DNA of 64,000 nt from Takakia lepidozioides. Taxonomy: Eukaryota; Plantae; Bryophyta. Made by a program: the position numbers and the translations under genes. Below are positions 12,725 through 24,784 of this stretch, piece by piece. The stretch is taken from assembly GCA_030704615.1 (NCBI GenBank), contig CM060731.1, positions 85,374,001 through 85,438,000 of the forward strand, given 5' to 3'. How positions within the stretch are numbered: the first letter of the stretch is position 1; every line of letters begins with the position of its first letter. Under the pieces are notes generated by a model. The model saw only the letters and a program-made list of their open reading frames with translations. It ran no database searches and was not told where the DNA came from.

Positions 12725-13782
12725 TCCCTCGTCACTTACTAGGCACCCAATACATCCTCTCCTGGCAGTGTGTCTAGATAAACAAGTGAAAACATTGCAA
12801 CACAATACCTGACTATGACTGTAAGCACCCGTGGCTCGCCCTGGTATACTTTCAAGAATTCGCCAAGCCCTAGCGATTGCATCGGCACTGACACAATGCA
12901 CACCACACAAGCTGGTAACAGCTAGGTCCACGTACTGATGCACCATGTGAGAGTGAGTCTCACGAATAATGGGAGCAAGATGACATGTCTGGCAAAGCAA
13001 TTACAGAAGAAGAACAGAGCTTTACCATACTTTAAATTTGACACAACTTGCACAGAGCAAGGTTAGCGCGTACTGCAGGCAAACACTCGCAACGTTACGC
13101 CACCACACTACCTCCCTGCAGCTGCTCCCCACGCTACACTACCACATGCTAGAATCAAAGCCTTCACAACCAGATAAAGGAACTCATTCACAAGACTTAC
13201 CCCTAAGCACAATGATCTGAGCACGCACGTTGCTCACATCGCAAGCAGTATGCGCTGCGAGAGGAGATGGAAGAACGGCGAGAAAAGCTTGGGGAAGAAG
13301 CCGCGCGCGAGAAGCGGGGAAGAAGCGTGCGAGAAGCCGACACTCCCCGCCAAAACGTCATCCTCCGTGGAAATAATTTTGCCACGGTGGAAACATCGTC
13401 ATGGTGGAATTCATCCATTCACAGTGGAGTTCATCCATTTTGCCACGATGGACGTTCAAGTACATTTCAAAAATATATGTCCGCCTTGAGCGGCTGGTAC
13501 AAATGCGCCTTGGAGCAGCCTTTCTTTGGTTTTTTTTTTTTTTTTTTCTAATGATGGCTTCGGCCTGATACATGATAGATATAAATCTGATTCCTATTTC
13601 ATACTCACACAATGTAGAGAGATTTGAGTGAAGCTGTGGAATGAATGCCTGAGTAGATGGAACATGGTAGATTGCAGAAGCAATCTGAGACTTAATCATA
13701 GATAGTAAGGTAACTTGCTAAACATGAATGCAAGAAGGAATAGATATAGGAAAGCACCCCCATGATACACTAGTTGTAGGTC

Positions 13783-14490
13783 ATGACTGATTGTTCTGAG
13801 CGGGAAGAGTACTTAGAGATATCCAACTCTTCTATCTTGGAGTTTCCACCTCGGATAGCGAAGGGATGGGTGAGTAAAAGCCGCTCAACATTTGGTGAGC
13901 ATACTGGGGAACTGAGTCAAGAACAACCAGATGTGACAGGCATCTGGTGGGATCATGGTGGATGGAGAATCAATGAATTTGATGTGAATCAAATTCCATG
14001 TGAAACTGAGAAAGAAAGATTGTCCAAACAATTCTTTCAAAGGTTCTTGGAATTGCCAAACGGATGCAATGAAAATATTCTTGACGCTGATCCAGAGTGG
14101 GGTCTGGAAAAAAGAGTGATAAAGATTTATCAGGTGGCCTGTAAAGGGAGAGCTAGTTGGTTGCCAATACTGGTGTATGTGATAGTGTTGCTATTCATTA
14201 AACGAGTGGAGTTTGAAGGCTGGGAGGAACAGAAAGTGAATGTTTTTACTCATATGCATGAAGAGCTTGTACTGGCAAAGAATTGGATTCCCAAGGATAT
14301 CTTGTGGATCAGACTTACACCAAGAACAGCTTTTCAGACCTGTTTGCCATATGGGTATATGGTAACGGAGCCTTCTAGTCTAGCCAAGGGTACATTAAAG
14401 CTTGAAAGAAATCCAGGCATATACGAGAGATACTACAGGAGAGAGCTTTGGTTATTACCTCATCAAAGACGTGAAAGACATGGGTCATGA
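13783..14490 (+). CDS. Extra 5' ORF (ORF0, 235 aa) of the gypsy element, unknown function; starts inside the LTR
   Basis: Open frame here and homologous, stop-interrupted frame at 24657-25376. Its stop overlaps the next ATG (ATGA) in both copies. Confidence 0.65.
   Translation: MTDCSEREEYLEISNSSILEFPPRIAKGWVSKSRSTFGEHTGELSQEQPDVTGIWWDHGGWRINEFDVNQIPCETEKERLSKQFFQRFLELPNGCNENILDADPEWGLEKRVIKIYQVACKGRASWLPILVYVIVLLFIKRVEFEGWEEQKVNVFTHMHEELVLAKNWIPKDILWIRLTPRTAFQTCLPYGYMVTEPSSLAKGTLKLERNPGIYERYYRRELWLLPHQRRERHGS
13893..13910 (+). promoter_or_regulatory. Primer binding site, copy 1
   Basis: TGGTGAGCATACTGGGGA, 2 nt after the LTR end; same as 24767-24784 apart from 2 substitutions. Confidence 0.75.
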
Positions 14491-17400
14491 GTGATGAAAG
14501 GGAAGCTAGACTTCACAGATATTCAGCAAAAAGAGAATGTTATTTAAAAGCTAATTATCTGTATCTTTGGCAGAAGGGAATAGATATAGGAGAGTCATCT
14601 GGGCCTCTCACACCACCAAGACCAGAAAGTTCATCACCCATACCTGAAGATTTTAATTTGGATATCACACCTATTTATTCTTTACAAGAGAGGTTAAAAG
14701 ATCTGGTGGAAGAAGAAGATCAAGTACGAGGGGAAAGATTTGAAGGAAATCCCTGGATTAAAGAAATCTTTGATCAAAGTTGGCACGGTACACCCAGAGC
14801 AGGAATACCAGTTTCTGATACACCAGCTAACGAGAGGGAGGAGGATGAAGAAGGGCCATCGGAGAGTTCAAACATTCCAACACCACTTCAGTTAAGTTAT
14901 ATGAGTGAGGAAGAAGAAATCCAAGGTAAGAACTAGAAGATGAAAACAGAGAGAAAAACTTGGAAGACGAGGGGTATGAAGACGTAGACCCAACAGTTGA
15001 GGTTGAGACTACAACCAGGACATCGCAACCTGTTGGACCTGGATCAAGTGGAGCACTTGGATCACAGGCCAACACAGGTGTCGGCTCAGGGGGATCAGGC
15101 GGGCAGCTTGGATCTGGCTCTGGGGGGACAGGGAGTGTGGGAAGTAGTGCAACTGGTGCTGGGGGTACTGCAAATATAGGGGGGCCAGTAGCAGGAAGTG
15201 CTTAGGGGCGAGCACCTGGTGGGAGTTCAACCACAACCACAGCAGGTCCTCAAGGACAGGAGGACCAGCACCTGCCACAGGGCAGGGTGGGCCATAGATG
15301 GCGGCAGTAGCCCCAACTCGGGCGAAACCACCTTTCCCAATCTATGGAGGGAAAGGGAATCCAGATGTACATGTCAATCAATTTGAGAAAATGTGTATAG
15401 TGAACAATGAGAATGATGATGGTTCAAAGTTAAGACTATTCCCTTGTTCACTTATCAAGAAGGCAAGTGAGTGATATGCTCGATTTCCTGATGACCATTT
15501 CCAAACCTAGGATGACCTTAGCATAGCATTCCGGAACAGATTCAAGACAAGCAAAACTGAGGACGAAATGTACAGTAGCCTACAACAGTTGAGACAGAAG
15601 AAGCATGAAACTATTGAGGAGTACATGGAGAAGATGGAGTTAATGATAAGAAAGTTGGCTGCTGTGCCAGCAGCAGGATTACAGAAGACTTGGTTTGTGA
15701 GTGGACTAAGACCGGAATTACAAAAGAAAGTGATATGCTACCCCATCATACAGTGGAGGAGGCATTCGAAACAGCCAACAGAATTGAGCAATTAGGAATG
15801 CTTAGGAAAGATAAGAGGGATGATGATGACTTTGAAGATGAGTCAAATGAGGAAAAAGAGCAAGAGCTCAAGAGGAAGAACAAGAAGAAGGAAAAGTTTA
15901 AGAATGACAACTATGAAAAGAGATTGGAAGAAATCTTGAAGAAGTATGCAACACAGGCTGCAACCCATTGGAGGAAGGGAGCCTGGTGTTCAAAATGCCA
16001 AAATGAAGGCCATACCATAGCTGAGTGCCACATGAAGAGGAGCACTGTGCTATCTGTAAGATGGATAACCATTCCACTGAGAATTGTTATTACAACAGGA
16101 AAACAACTACAAGGGAACCTAGGCAAGTGAGGGTGCATCAAGTGGAGCCCCAGCCAAGAAGAAACAATGACCAGGACCACTATGGTAGGCCTGGTGGATA
16201 TAATAATGGTATGGCAGGAAGAGGTAATCCAAGAGGGAATTACCAAGGCAATCCCGGAGGCAACTATCAAGGTAATCCAAGGGGGATTTACTAGCCAGGG
16301 AATCAGGATTATAGAAATAATCCCAGAATGGACCAAGGGCGTGGACCCAATGGTGAAGAACTGTGTTACTATTGTAACCAAACAGGACATCGCAAGGTAG
16401 CCTGTCCATTCTGGATCAGACACCAGAATGAGATGAGAGCTCCTGTGAACAAAGAGCCAGTAGTGGCAGCTCACATGGTTATGCCATGTTTTGTACCAGA
16501 AGTAAGTACAATGATAGTTACCAGAAGCAAGACTAAACTATTACCTCCAGTGGATGAGGAGGAAGATGTGAATGAAGATGGCAGTGATGTGCCTGAAGAT
16601 GATGAGGCATGGAGAGATGAGAAGGAACTGCACAAGGAGGTGGCAGAAGCTATAAGGGAAATGCAGAAGGAGACAGATATCCCTATAGCGGAGTCAACAG
16701 ACCCTGAAGAAGAAAATGATGAACGTGAAGATGAAGTGAAGCAAGATGCTTCACAGGTTCAAGATAATTGGCTGAAGTGATATGCCAGTCCAAAGCCGAG
16801 ATTACAATTGGACAGCTATTGGCTGTGGCACCCCATTGTAGACATAGGCTGGCCAAGGTATTCCATGACTGGAATACTCAGATTCTAACTGTGCGCAAGG
16901 ATAAGCACAAGATACAGATTTCAACTAAGAAATCAAGTAGACTACCTGCTAATAGAAGACCTCGTGGAGTCAGGGAATATGACTGGAGGGGAGGACTTGA
17001 TGAAGAACAGGAGGCTACTCTATTTGCTACACACCCAGAGTGGGAGCAGGTTGCAGAAATGCAACTGGGAGGGCTAAGTTGATTCAAAGGAATATGTTGT
17101 GGTGCAGTAACAGCAACACCAATTGAAGGGGAAACAAGCAGCTACCCACCACATTTCTATGAAGAAATAGAGGTAGAAATAGAAATCCTAGAGGAACCAG
17201 CTGCTGTGAGTTTGCGAGATGAAGTAGTGGCTGGATGGACTATCACAGCTGAAGAGTAGGTGAGAGAAGTGAATGTGGGAACTAAGGAGGAACCAAGAAT
17301 GGTGAAAGTTGGGGCTGACTTGGAGCCAGAATTCTTTGAGGAAGCTAAGAGCCTATTTATCAAATACAAAGATGTATTTGCCTGGAGTTATAAAGACCTG

Positions 17401-19056
17401 AAGGGGATACCCCCTGAAATATGCCAGCACAAGATTGAGTTGGAACCAGGTTCTGTACCAATCAAACATGCAAGATACAGGATGAATCCCAACTATGCAC
17501 AGAAGGTTGGGGAGGAGATAAAGAAGTTGGTTGAGGCTAAGTTCATATACCCAATAGAGTACACAATGTGGCTATCACCTATTGTGATAGTACCAAAGAA
17601 GAATGGCAAACTGAGGGTTTGTGTTAACTACAAGAAACTGAATGACTGCACAAAGAAGGATCCATTCTCTTTGCCATTCACAAAAGTTGTGCTTGATACT
17701 GTAGCAGGCCATGAGATGTACTCATTCATGGATGGCTTCAGTGGGTATAACCAAGTACAAGTAGCTGAAGAAGACCACGGAAAGAGTGCTTTCATCACAG
17801 ACTTGGGTGCTTATGCATACAAAGTCATGCCTTTTTTACTATGTAATGCACCAACAACTTTTCAGAGAGTGATTAGTGAATCTTTCCATGAGTACTTGGA
17901 TGATTTTATGCAAGTGTTCTTAGATGACTTCAGTGTTTACAGCTCTAAGAATGAGCACTTGTAGAAATTGGAATTATGTTTGGCCAGATGCAAGATGAGA
18001 GGTCTTGGGCTGAATCCAGAATAATGTACTTTCTGTGTGAACTCATGAGTTCTTTTGGGACACATTGTGTGTCAAAAAGGGCTGCTTGTAGATCCTCTAG
18101 AAAGACAGAGGCTATTAAAGCCTCACCACCACCAAGTAATGTTAAGGCTCTAAGGAGGTTCCTTGGACAAACCAGTTATTATAGAAGGTTTGTCAGAAGA
18201 TATGCACAGAAGGCAGCACCATTGAGCAAGCTCTTGAAGAAGGATGCAGTGTTTGCATGGACAGCTGAATGTCAACAGGCCTTTGAGGAACTTACATTGT
18301 CAGTAACAACTACACCTGTGTTGATTAACCCTCATTGGCATATGGTATTTCATGTACATTGTGATGCCTCAGGAGAAGCATTGGGGGCTGTGCTAGCCCA
18401 GAATGTCACAGGAAACATAGATTCACCTGTGTTATGCTAGCAGACTGTTGAATAGTGCTGAAAGGAACTATAGCACCACCAAAAGAGAAGCTTTGGCAAT
18501 GATTTATTCAATCAAGAAGTTCAGGCATTATTTGCTGGGAAGGAAGTTTATGTTCTATGTGGATCATCAAGCTCTGATTTATTTGGTGAACCGGCCTTTG
18601 ATAAGTGGAAGGATAGCAAGATGACTGATTATACTGCATGAGTTTGAATTCGAAGTTGTTTACAAGCCTGGACGTTTGCATCTAGTGGCAGATCACTTGT
18701 CACGCCTTTCAACGGGAGAGCCCGCCACAGGAGTAGATGATCAACTGCCTGATGCAAGTTTATTTGCAGTGGAAGTGCAAGGAGCAAATGATTGGTTAGA
18801 TTGGCAGTGGTCAATCAGATATTACCTAACTCATGGACAATGCCCATCTAGTTATGGGAAGGAACAGAGGAAGAGAATAGCTATCAAGGCATTATCATAC
18901 ACTATGATTGGAGGCCATTTTGGAGAAGAGACTACCGGTAGGAAAATATTACTTGCAAGTTACTGGTGGCCTACTTTGTTTAAAGATGTACATGTGATGA
19001 GTGCCATAGGCTAGGACCTTTGCAAAGATCTAGGAAGATGGCTTTGCATCCTACAA
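14487..19056 (+). pseudogene. gag-pol of gypsy copy 1 (degenerate)
   Basis: Gag (LQQLRQ..ETIEEY...WFVSGLRPEL), CCHC knuckles (CSKCQNEGHTIAEC, CYYCNQTGHRKVAC), RT (YSFMDGFSGYNQ, VFLDDFSVY) and RNase H (HCDASG.ALGAVL). Confidence 0.92.
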
Positions 19057-20900
19057 CTCCCCCTCTCTCCCTATCTCCCGGTGGGGGCGCTAGGCCATCG
19101 AACTTTGAAAAACCGTCTTAAGGAAGAAGTGAGACTTGCAACAAACTTTGTCGTTTCTTCCGTCAAACCATTCTCTTCTTCAAAAGCAAAGTCCATTGCC
19201 ACTTTAATTGCAACAATCTCTGTCATCACAACATTCTCTTCTTCAAAAGAAATGTCTAATTCAACTTTCATTGCAACAAGCTCATCTTGATGTTGTTGCA
19301 ATGTACCATGGTCTGAGGGTGTGTGCACTGCAGCTTCTTGTTGTGGACCTTTCAATGAAAGAGGAATGAAGAATTATTATCCTGGTAGTTTTTCAACCGG
19401 TGTGGATGAAAAACAGGATGTTGTTGGCGACCCTCATAGAGGTAATTTTTCATTCCTTGGTGACTCATCCGGTATGGATGAGAGTCAATAAAAGAGGAAT
19501 GAAAAAACCAAAAAACCATCCTAAAGGTAATGTCTATCCTGGTGGCTCATCCGGTATGGATGAAAAACCGATAGAGGATGGATGAGCCTCTGTCAAAACT
19601 TCATCCGATATGGGTGAAAAGACTCATGTGGTCACTGATAAACTTTGCACTGGCAGAAGGATCACAAATGTTGACAATCGTTATAGGACAACTAGTGATG
19701 TTGCTAAAGGTGTGTCCAGAATTTGAAACAGGTGCTGCTGAAGTTGATCCGGCGTGGTCACGCAATCCTGATTTCAGAAACTTCAACTCCACCTCATATT
19801 GTTTAACTTGCTCCTCAAGTAATTTATAGCCGGTGCTGAAGTTGATCCGGCGTGGTCACGCAATCCTGATCTCAGAAACTTCAACTCCGCCTTATATCGT
19901 TTAACTTGCTCCTCAAGTAATTTATAGCCGGTGTCACTACCCCAGAATGCATCATCGGCAGTAAACATATCATGGTCCTCATGAACTATCCCTGTGTTCT
20001 TTGAATGAGAAGGAACAATCCCTTTGTTCTTCGAATCAGAAGGAACAATCGCGAGAGAAGGCTGAACAGGTACCGTGGGAACCACATCCTCCTTGTAACC
20101 GATTTGCTCAAGGGGTGCATGAGATGATCAGATCAATTCAATATCCTTCGCTTCAATCTCCTGATTGCGATTTAGTTCATCAGCAAAAGCCTCGTCGTCC
20201 TTGATCAATTTACCACTGCGAATTTTGCCAGCGATTACACGCTGCATAGCACGGTCCCGTAATTGCTTGTCGCTCCTATTATACCTGAAAGCAATCACAC
20301 AGAAACCGGGTTAGAATAAAGAGCACACAAATCCTCATCCTTGCGTATCCTCGTCGTTGTTTGATTCACCTATTATGTCACCATCGTCATCAAAGTCTTT
20401 TTCAGGGTTGAAGAGATTGCCAGTTTCGAAACGAGAACTAGCTGTATAGTCTTGATGATCATCGAATTGATCATGAGCAAAAGTAGGTTCCTCATAATCC
20501 AAATTTGGAACAGAACCAAACTCATTGTGAATAGCAGGTAACGGCTCTTCAATCAATTCGGATGCATTCAAAACCAGTTGCGTCACAGCCTGGTACGATC
20601 CCATAGTCTCCAGTCTGCGAATCTAAAATAACTGGATCTGCGACAGAAATGGAGATTGTAGTAACATTCCAAAATTGACGCGCTACAGTGCTTTTTATTC
20701 TGCTGAAATTTGTTGTTCTCCATCGCACAAAACCAGCATGAAGTACAACCAATCGAAACCAGACAGCAAGAACAAATCACCACCAAGCGTGCACAGAAAC
20801 CGAGAAGCACGGAGGAGAAAGATAAGCCTACGTGGAAAGATGAAGAGGAGCGTCAAAAATTTAAAATTAAGAGGTGGAGCGCGGGCTTTTCACCTGTTTG
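19057..20900 (-). other. Unclassified degenerate, probably spliced coding region ending in a PPT-like tract; contains a 98 bp tandem duplication (19736-19933)
   Basis: Minus-strand reading frames at 20335-20604, 19783-20280, 19601-19792 and 19071-19355. A branch point and CAG acceptor lie near 20285, and GGGAGAGAGGGGGAG is on the minus strand at 19057-19071. No family recognised. Confidence 0.35.
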
Positions 20901-21060
20901 CGGCCCCTATAGAGACTCGGGCTCCGCCCTCGTCTCTATGGAGGCCTTAATCAGGTGAACGCCCTTGCTCCAGCTCTTTACCCTACACATAGGAATGCCA
21001 TCCATGGGGCATTATCCCACTTTCTCTTATTTTGGCATAACTCCAGACTTTTGCCAGGGT

Positions 21061-21432
21061 CACGGCCATGGATGATAACAACCATGGCCGTGAATGCTAT
21101 CGCTCATGGAACCTGTTCTCGTGAACGGTGATGAATATGTAGGGTAAGGCCCCTGCACAAGGGCGTTCCACCGTTTAAGGGTTGGCTGCCGAGGGCAGCC
21201 CCAAAATCGTGGAATGCCCGCGTGCAGGGGCCTTACCGTGCGTGAAGCTGCACACAGAGAAAAATAGCACGTGTCGTTTTTTATAGCTTGGTTTGTGTAA
21301 GCGCCCTAGGGCGATTACATTGTGTAAGCACCCTAGGGCGCCTTACATTTGTGTAAGCACCCTAGGGCGCCTTACATTTGTGTAAGCAGACCCGCTACGT
21401 TGTAAAGGGTGCTTACACAATGTAAGGCGCCT
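21061..21432. repeat. Cluster of hairpins and ~29-30 bp palindromic tandem repeats
   Basis: IR 21061-21092 (CACGGCCATGG/CCATGGCCGTG); 29 bp arms 21143-21171 and 21209-21237 around an inner GGCTGCC-GAG-GGCAGCC hairpin; TGTGTAAGCACCCTAGGGCGCCTTACATT x3 from 21294, then an inverted copy. Confidence 0.85.
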
Positions 21433-23461
21433 GGCAGGGCCCGCGGGTGCCATTCACGGGATATAGCGGCCCTGAAACTACGAAGAGATTTTTGGACCGG
21501 TGCTTTACGTTCAGAACCGTACCACGGTGGATGTCATCATCCATCACCGTCCACGATGGGACCCGTCGCCGTGAAAAAAGCGCAAGACGTTATATGTACC
21601 CCTACGAGCTCTACTCGCCGCCATGCCTACCATGGCTTGCCTACTGTCAGAGGGCATTACCCCAAAGAACAACGGGTAAGGATTGTTGCCGTCAACCGTC
21701 TTTGCGCGGTTAACCACGATGGAGAGCTCTAAGCAGCAGGGTAAGGATTTTATGTCATGCAAAATGTTTGTACTGCACAGAACATTAAACTAGATGTGAG
21801 GGGAGCCACTCCATCCCATGAGAGCAGGTGAAGCGACATGCATGCATGGTACATGGCGCATAGGAAGGTGACACATGCATGTTGTACATCCTGGAAGGGC
21901 CCACAAGAGAGAGAGAGGAATGTGGCGCTTTGGGCAGCCATCGCGAGGGAGACGTCCCGCATTCCAGCTATCGAGAGTGAGAGTGAGAGTGAGATTGAAT
22001 GAGAGTTAGAATAAGGCAGGGAGAGCCTAACGACGGGAGCGCGCGTACAGGGAGCTGCAAAATCTGGAGGGGCGATGAAACACAACGAGCTGCGACCAAC
22101 AAACATACGGCCAGCCATCTATCACAGTTCACATCGCTCACCTCTCCCCTGTTCTGTGCCACGATATTCCCTTGCCAGCTACATGTTTCTTTTTGTTCAA
22201 CCATTAAGGTGGCTAAGTTCATTACTGAATCTACGTGAAAAAACGAACAGGAAATAACCAAGGGAAATTAAGATTGACATGGAAGTTTCAGATTTGGGTT
22301 TACGGTATCAGCTGCAATATTCTGAGTAGTGGTTTTGGAACAACTACTTAATCAGCGATGTGGAATGTTTGTTTTAGGAAGCGGACACCTCAGTGTATGG
22401 AGAGCGTGCAAAGAAGGGCCGTTCGCTGCTCGCTTTGCATCACCTGACAGGTGCGTTTGCCTCTTTCTCGCTCTCATTGTTCTGTAGGTTGCAGAAAGAT
22501 GGAACCAGTTGGATTTCAGGACATGTACACTAGAATGACCTAGTCCAAACTTTGGTGAGGTCATCTGAAAAAAACATTGAAAATGTGCTCGCACATTTCT
22601 GCCTTCTTCAATTCAATGACTGAAGACCCTCACATGTCACAAGCTACATCTATGTGTAACCCTTGTGGGAGGTCTCAATTTTTGTGATGCATTGAAATGA
22701 ATATTTGGAAGTCACTATTGTCCCCTTAGACATTATGTCAGAACCAACATGTACTGGCAACAATGAAGTACATAGCTGCCTTGCAAATGAAGTGGGATTT
22801 TGAAGTGGAGGTGACTGACATAATGGAGGGCCATAGGTTTGATGGTGCCATGACTTGTGTTGATATGGAATTAGTGGGTGTCATAGAGTGAGAGATCTCA
22901 TTGGGCCTGACTTCATTCCAAGCCTTGCTTGTGCTCTTCTAGTCAACTGTAAAGGCTCAAAATTTTGGGGCAATCAGTCCCCACAATTTCTGGTATATAT
23001 AACTACTTTGGAAGCTGACACTGGAAGCTACAAGTTGTTATCATCAACGGAATTCAGATGTTCATTTTGCTTCAGGGTCAATTGCAAGTGAGGTTTAATT
23101 GTCAAACCTTCTCCCTCTCTTAGACAGATCCCCACAACTTTCCAAGTTCTTTTTTAATGTATAATATTCATAGGATCCAGTGCATGTAATTTTTAGGACA
23201 AGATTTTAGTTAAATATGTACATTCACAATGGAGGTTTCTCTTTGGAGTGAGTTTCTAAAACTTCTTCAACGCTACAGGCTGGAGGTGCTGAGTGTGGTC
23301 ATTCGCCAGGCTTCACAACTCAGACTTTCATTCTTTGAGGCGTATCTCATAATATTCTCAATTTTTTATAAGCTCCACTGTTCTGTTCGTTCTATCTTCA
23401 GTTGTCCTTGTCCCGTAAAGTCTTTTGTGCGTCCTATGGAGGCTGTAGAGCTCTTTCTTTG

Positions 23462-23466
<5 letters not shown>

Positions 23467-23520
<54 letters not shown>
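23467..23520. repeat. (CT)n microsatellite
   Basis: Pure CT run. Confidence 0.98.
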
Positions 23521-23521
<1 letters not shown>

Positions 23522-23690
23522 GGTGTGTGTGTGGAGGAGGATTCTAGAAAGCCTTCTTTTTAGAAAGCCTTCTTTTCTCTCTCTTGGACTGTGGAAGGAT
23601 TGATTCAGCCATCTCAGGTTGGCATGGCTATATCTTTCGTAGTCCAGAACTTGCACTTCTATTGCTGGATTAGAGTCAGCAGCATCTTGC

Positions 23691-24764
23691 TGTTAGAGGG
23701 CTGTCTGGGACTTAGACACTTTTATGGGCTCTGTGGGGTACCCTTAATTTTTGCGCAGCCTTACGGATGGTAGACTTAGACCAACAGAGGTCTTAGGGGT
23801 GACAGGCACAGGCTTTAGGGGTGGTAGACAGGTTTACACACTCCGTCACAGTCTTACACAATCGTACACAGCCTATCATAGTCTATCACAGCCATACACA
23901 GCCTTACACAGCCCGACACAACCTAACACAGTTTGTCACGGTCAATCGCAGCCTATCACAGTTAGTCACAGTCTATCACAGCTCGGCACAGTTTTACACA
24001 GCTAGTCACAGTCCGACACAGCTTTACACAGCCAGTTACAGCCGACCAAGTCCGACACAGCCAGTCATAGTTCGACACAGTCACAGCCTGACACAGCTTG
24101 GCACAACCCGTCACAGCGTACATAGGGAACGGTTATCATTAGCGGGGAACGACTATGTGGGAACGACATCTGCAGAGGGAACATGTTACTTCAGGGGTGA
24201 CAGTTAGTTAGTTAGGCGGTTAGAACAGCTTGCAAGTAGATTAGGCAGAGCAGCAACATGAAGGGGATCACTTCACGGGGAGCATTTCTTGGTCATGCAT
24301 GAGAGAGGATCGGGCGGAGAGCAAGAACGGGAGCAAAGATGGAGAGCACGGTGAAGGAGGAGAGATGATTAGTAGATGCTTGTTATATGCAAAGCTGTAG
24401 TGATATTGTAGAGCAGATTAGAGACACAATGGCTTCGGCCTGATACCTGATAAATCATAATCTGATATTTATACGATATAATCACACTGTGTAGAGAGAC
24501 ATGACTGAAGCTGTGGAATGAATGGATGAGTGAATGGAACTTGGTAGATATCGAAGCAATCTGATGTTTCAGTATACACAGTAAAGTAATATGTTAACAT
24601 GAAGACAAGAAGAAATACAAATAGGAAGCACAATCATGATTCACTAGTTGTAGGTGATGACTGATTGTTCTGAGCGGGCTGAGTGCTTAGAGATATCCAA
24701 CTCTTCTATCTTGGAGTTTCCACCTCGGATAGCGAAGGGATGGGTGAGTAAAAGCCGCACGACA
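23691..24764 (+). repeat. 5' LTR (1074 bp) with internal ~10 bp ACACAGCC-type tandem repeats
   Basis: Highly similar to 42164-43197, with a 40 bp indel in the repeat tract. Confidence 0.96.
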
Positions 24765-24766
24765 TT

Positions 24767-24784
24767 TGGCGACCATACTGGGGA
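24767..24784 (+). promoter_or_regulatory. Primer binding site, copy 2 (possibly tRNA-Arg)
   Basis: TGGCGACCATACTGGGGA, 2 nt downstream of the LTR. The tRNA identity is a guess. Confidence 0.78.

Larger units (their letters stand above)
9800..13553 (+). mobile_element. CACTA/EnSpm element, 3' part, inserted into a gypsy LTR
   Basis: Contains TnpD-like coding sequence and CCACGRTGG subterminal repeats (13365-13450). It ends TTTTTTCTAATG (degenerate TAGTG) at 13553, exactly where gypsy LTR similarity starts. Confidence 0.75.
13554..19056 (+). mobile_element. Athila-like Ty3/gypsy retrotransposon, copy 1 (5' LTR interrupted, internal deletions, truncated in integrase)
   Basis: Colinear with 23691-43197: LTR 3' part 13554-13890 ending CAACA, PBS, gag, RT and RNase H. 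The protease region is deleted near 16850 and there is another deletion near 18910. Confidence 0.93.

Noticed and set aside
21520-21725. CCACGRTGG motifs resembling the CACTA subterminal zone at 13365-13450
   Set aside because: No CACTA/TAGTG terminus or TSD was found nearby, so no element is called.
21750-23690. Possible host gene here, continuing at 43203-44087
   Set aside because: There are some splice-like signals and short frames, but no recognisable protein motif or consistent exon chain.
23751-24207. His/Ser/Thr-rich ORFs in the LTRs (also 42294-42641 and 50487-50684)
   Set aside because: They result from the ACACAGCC tandem repeat and vary by indels between LTRs.
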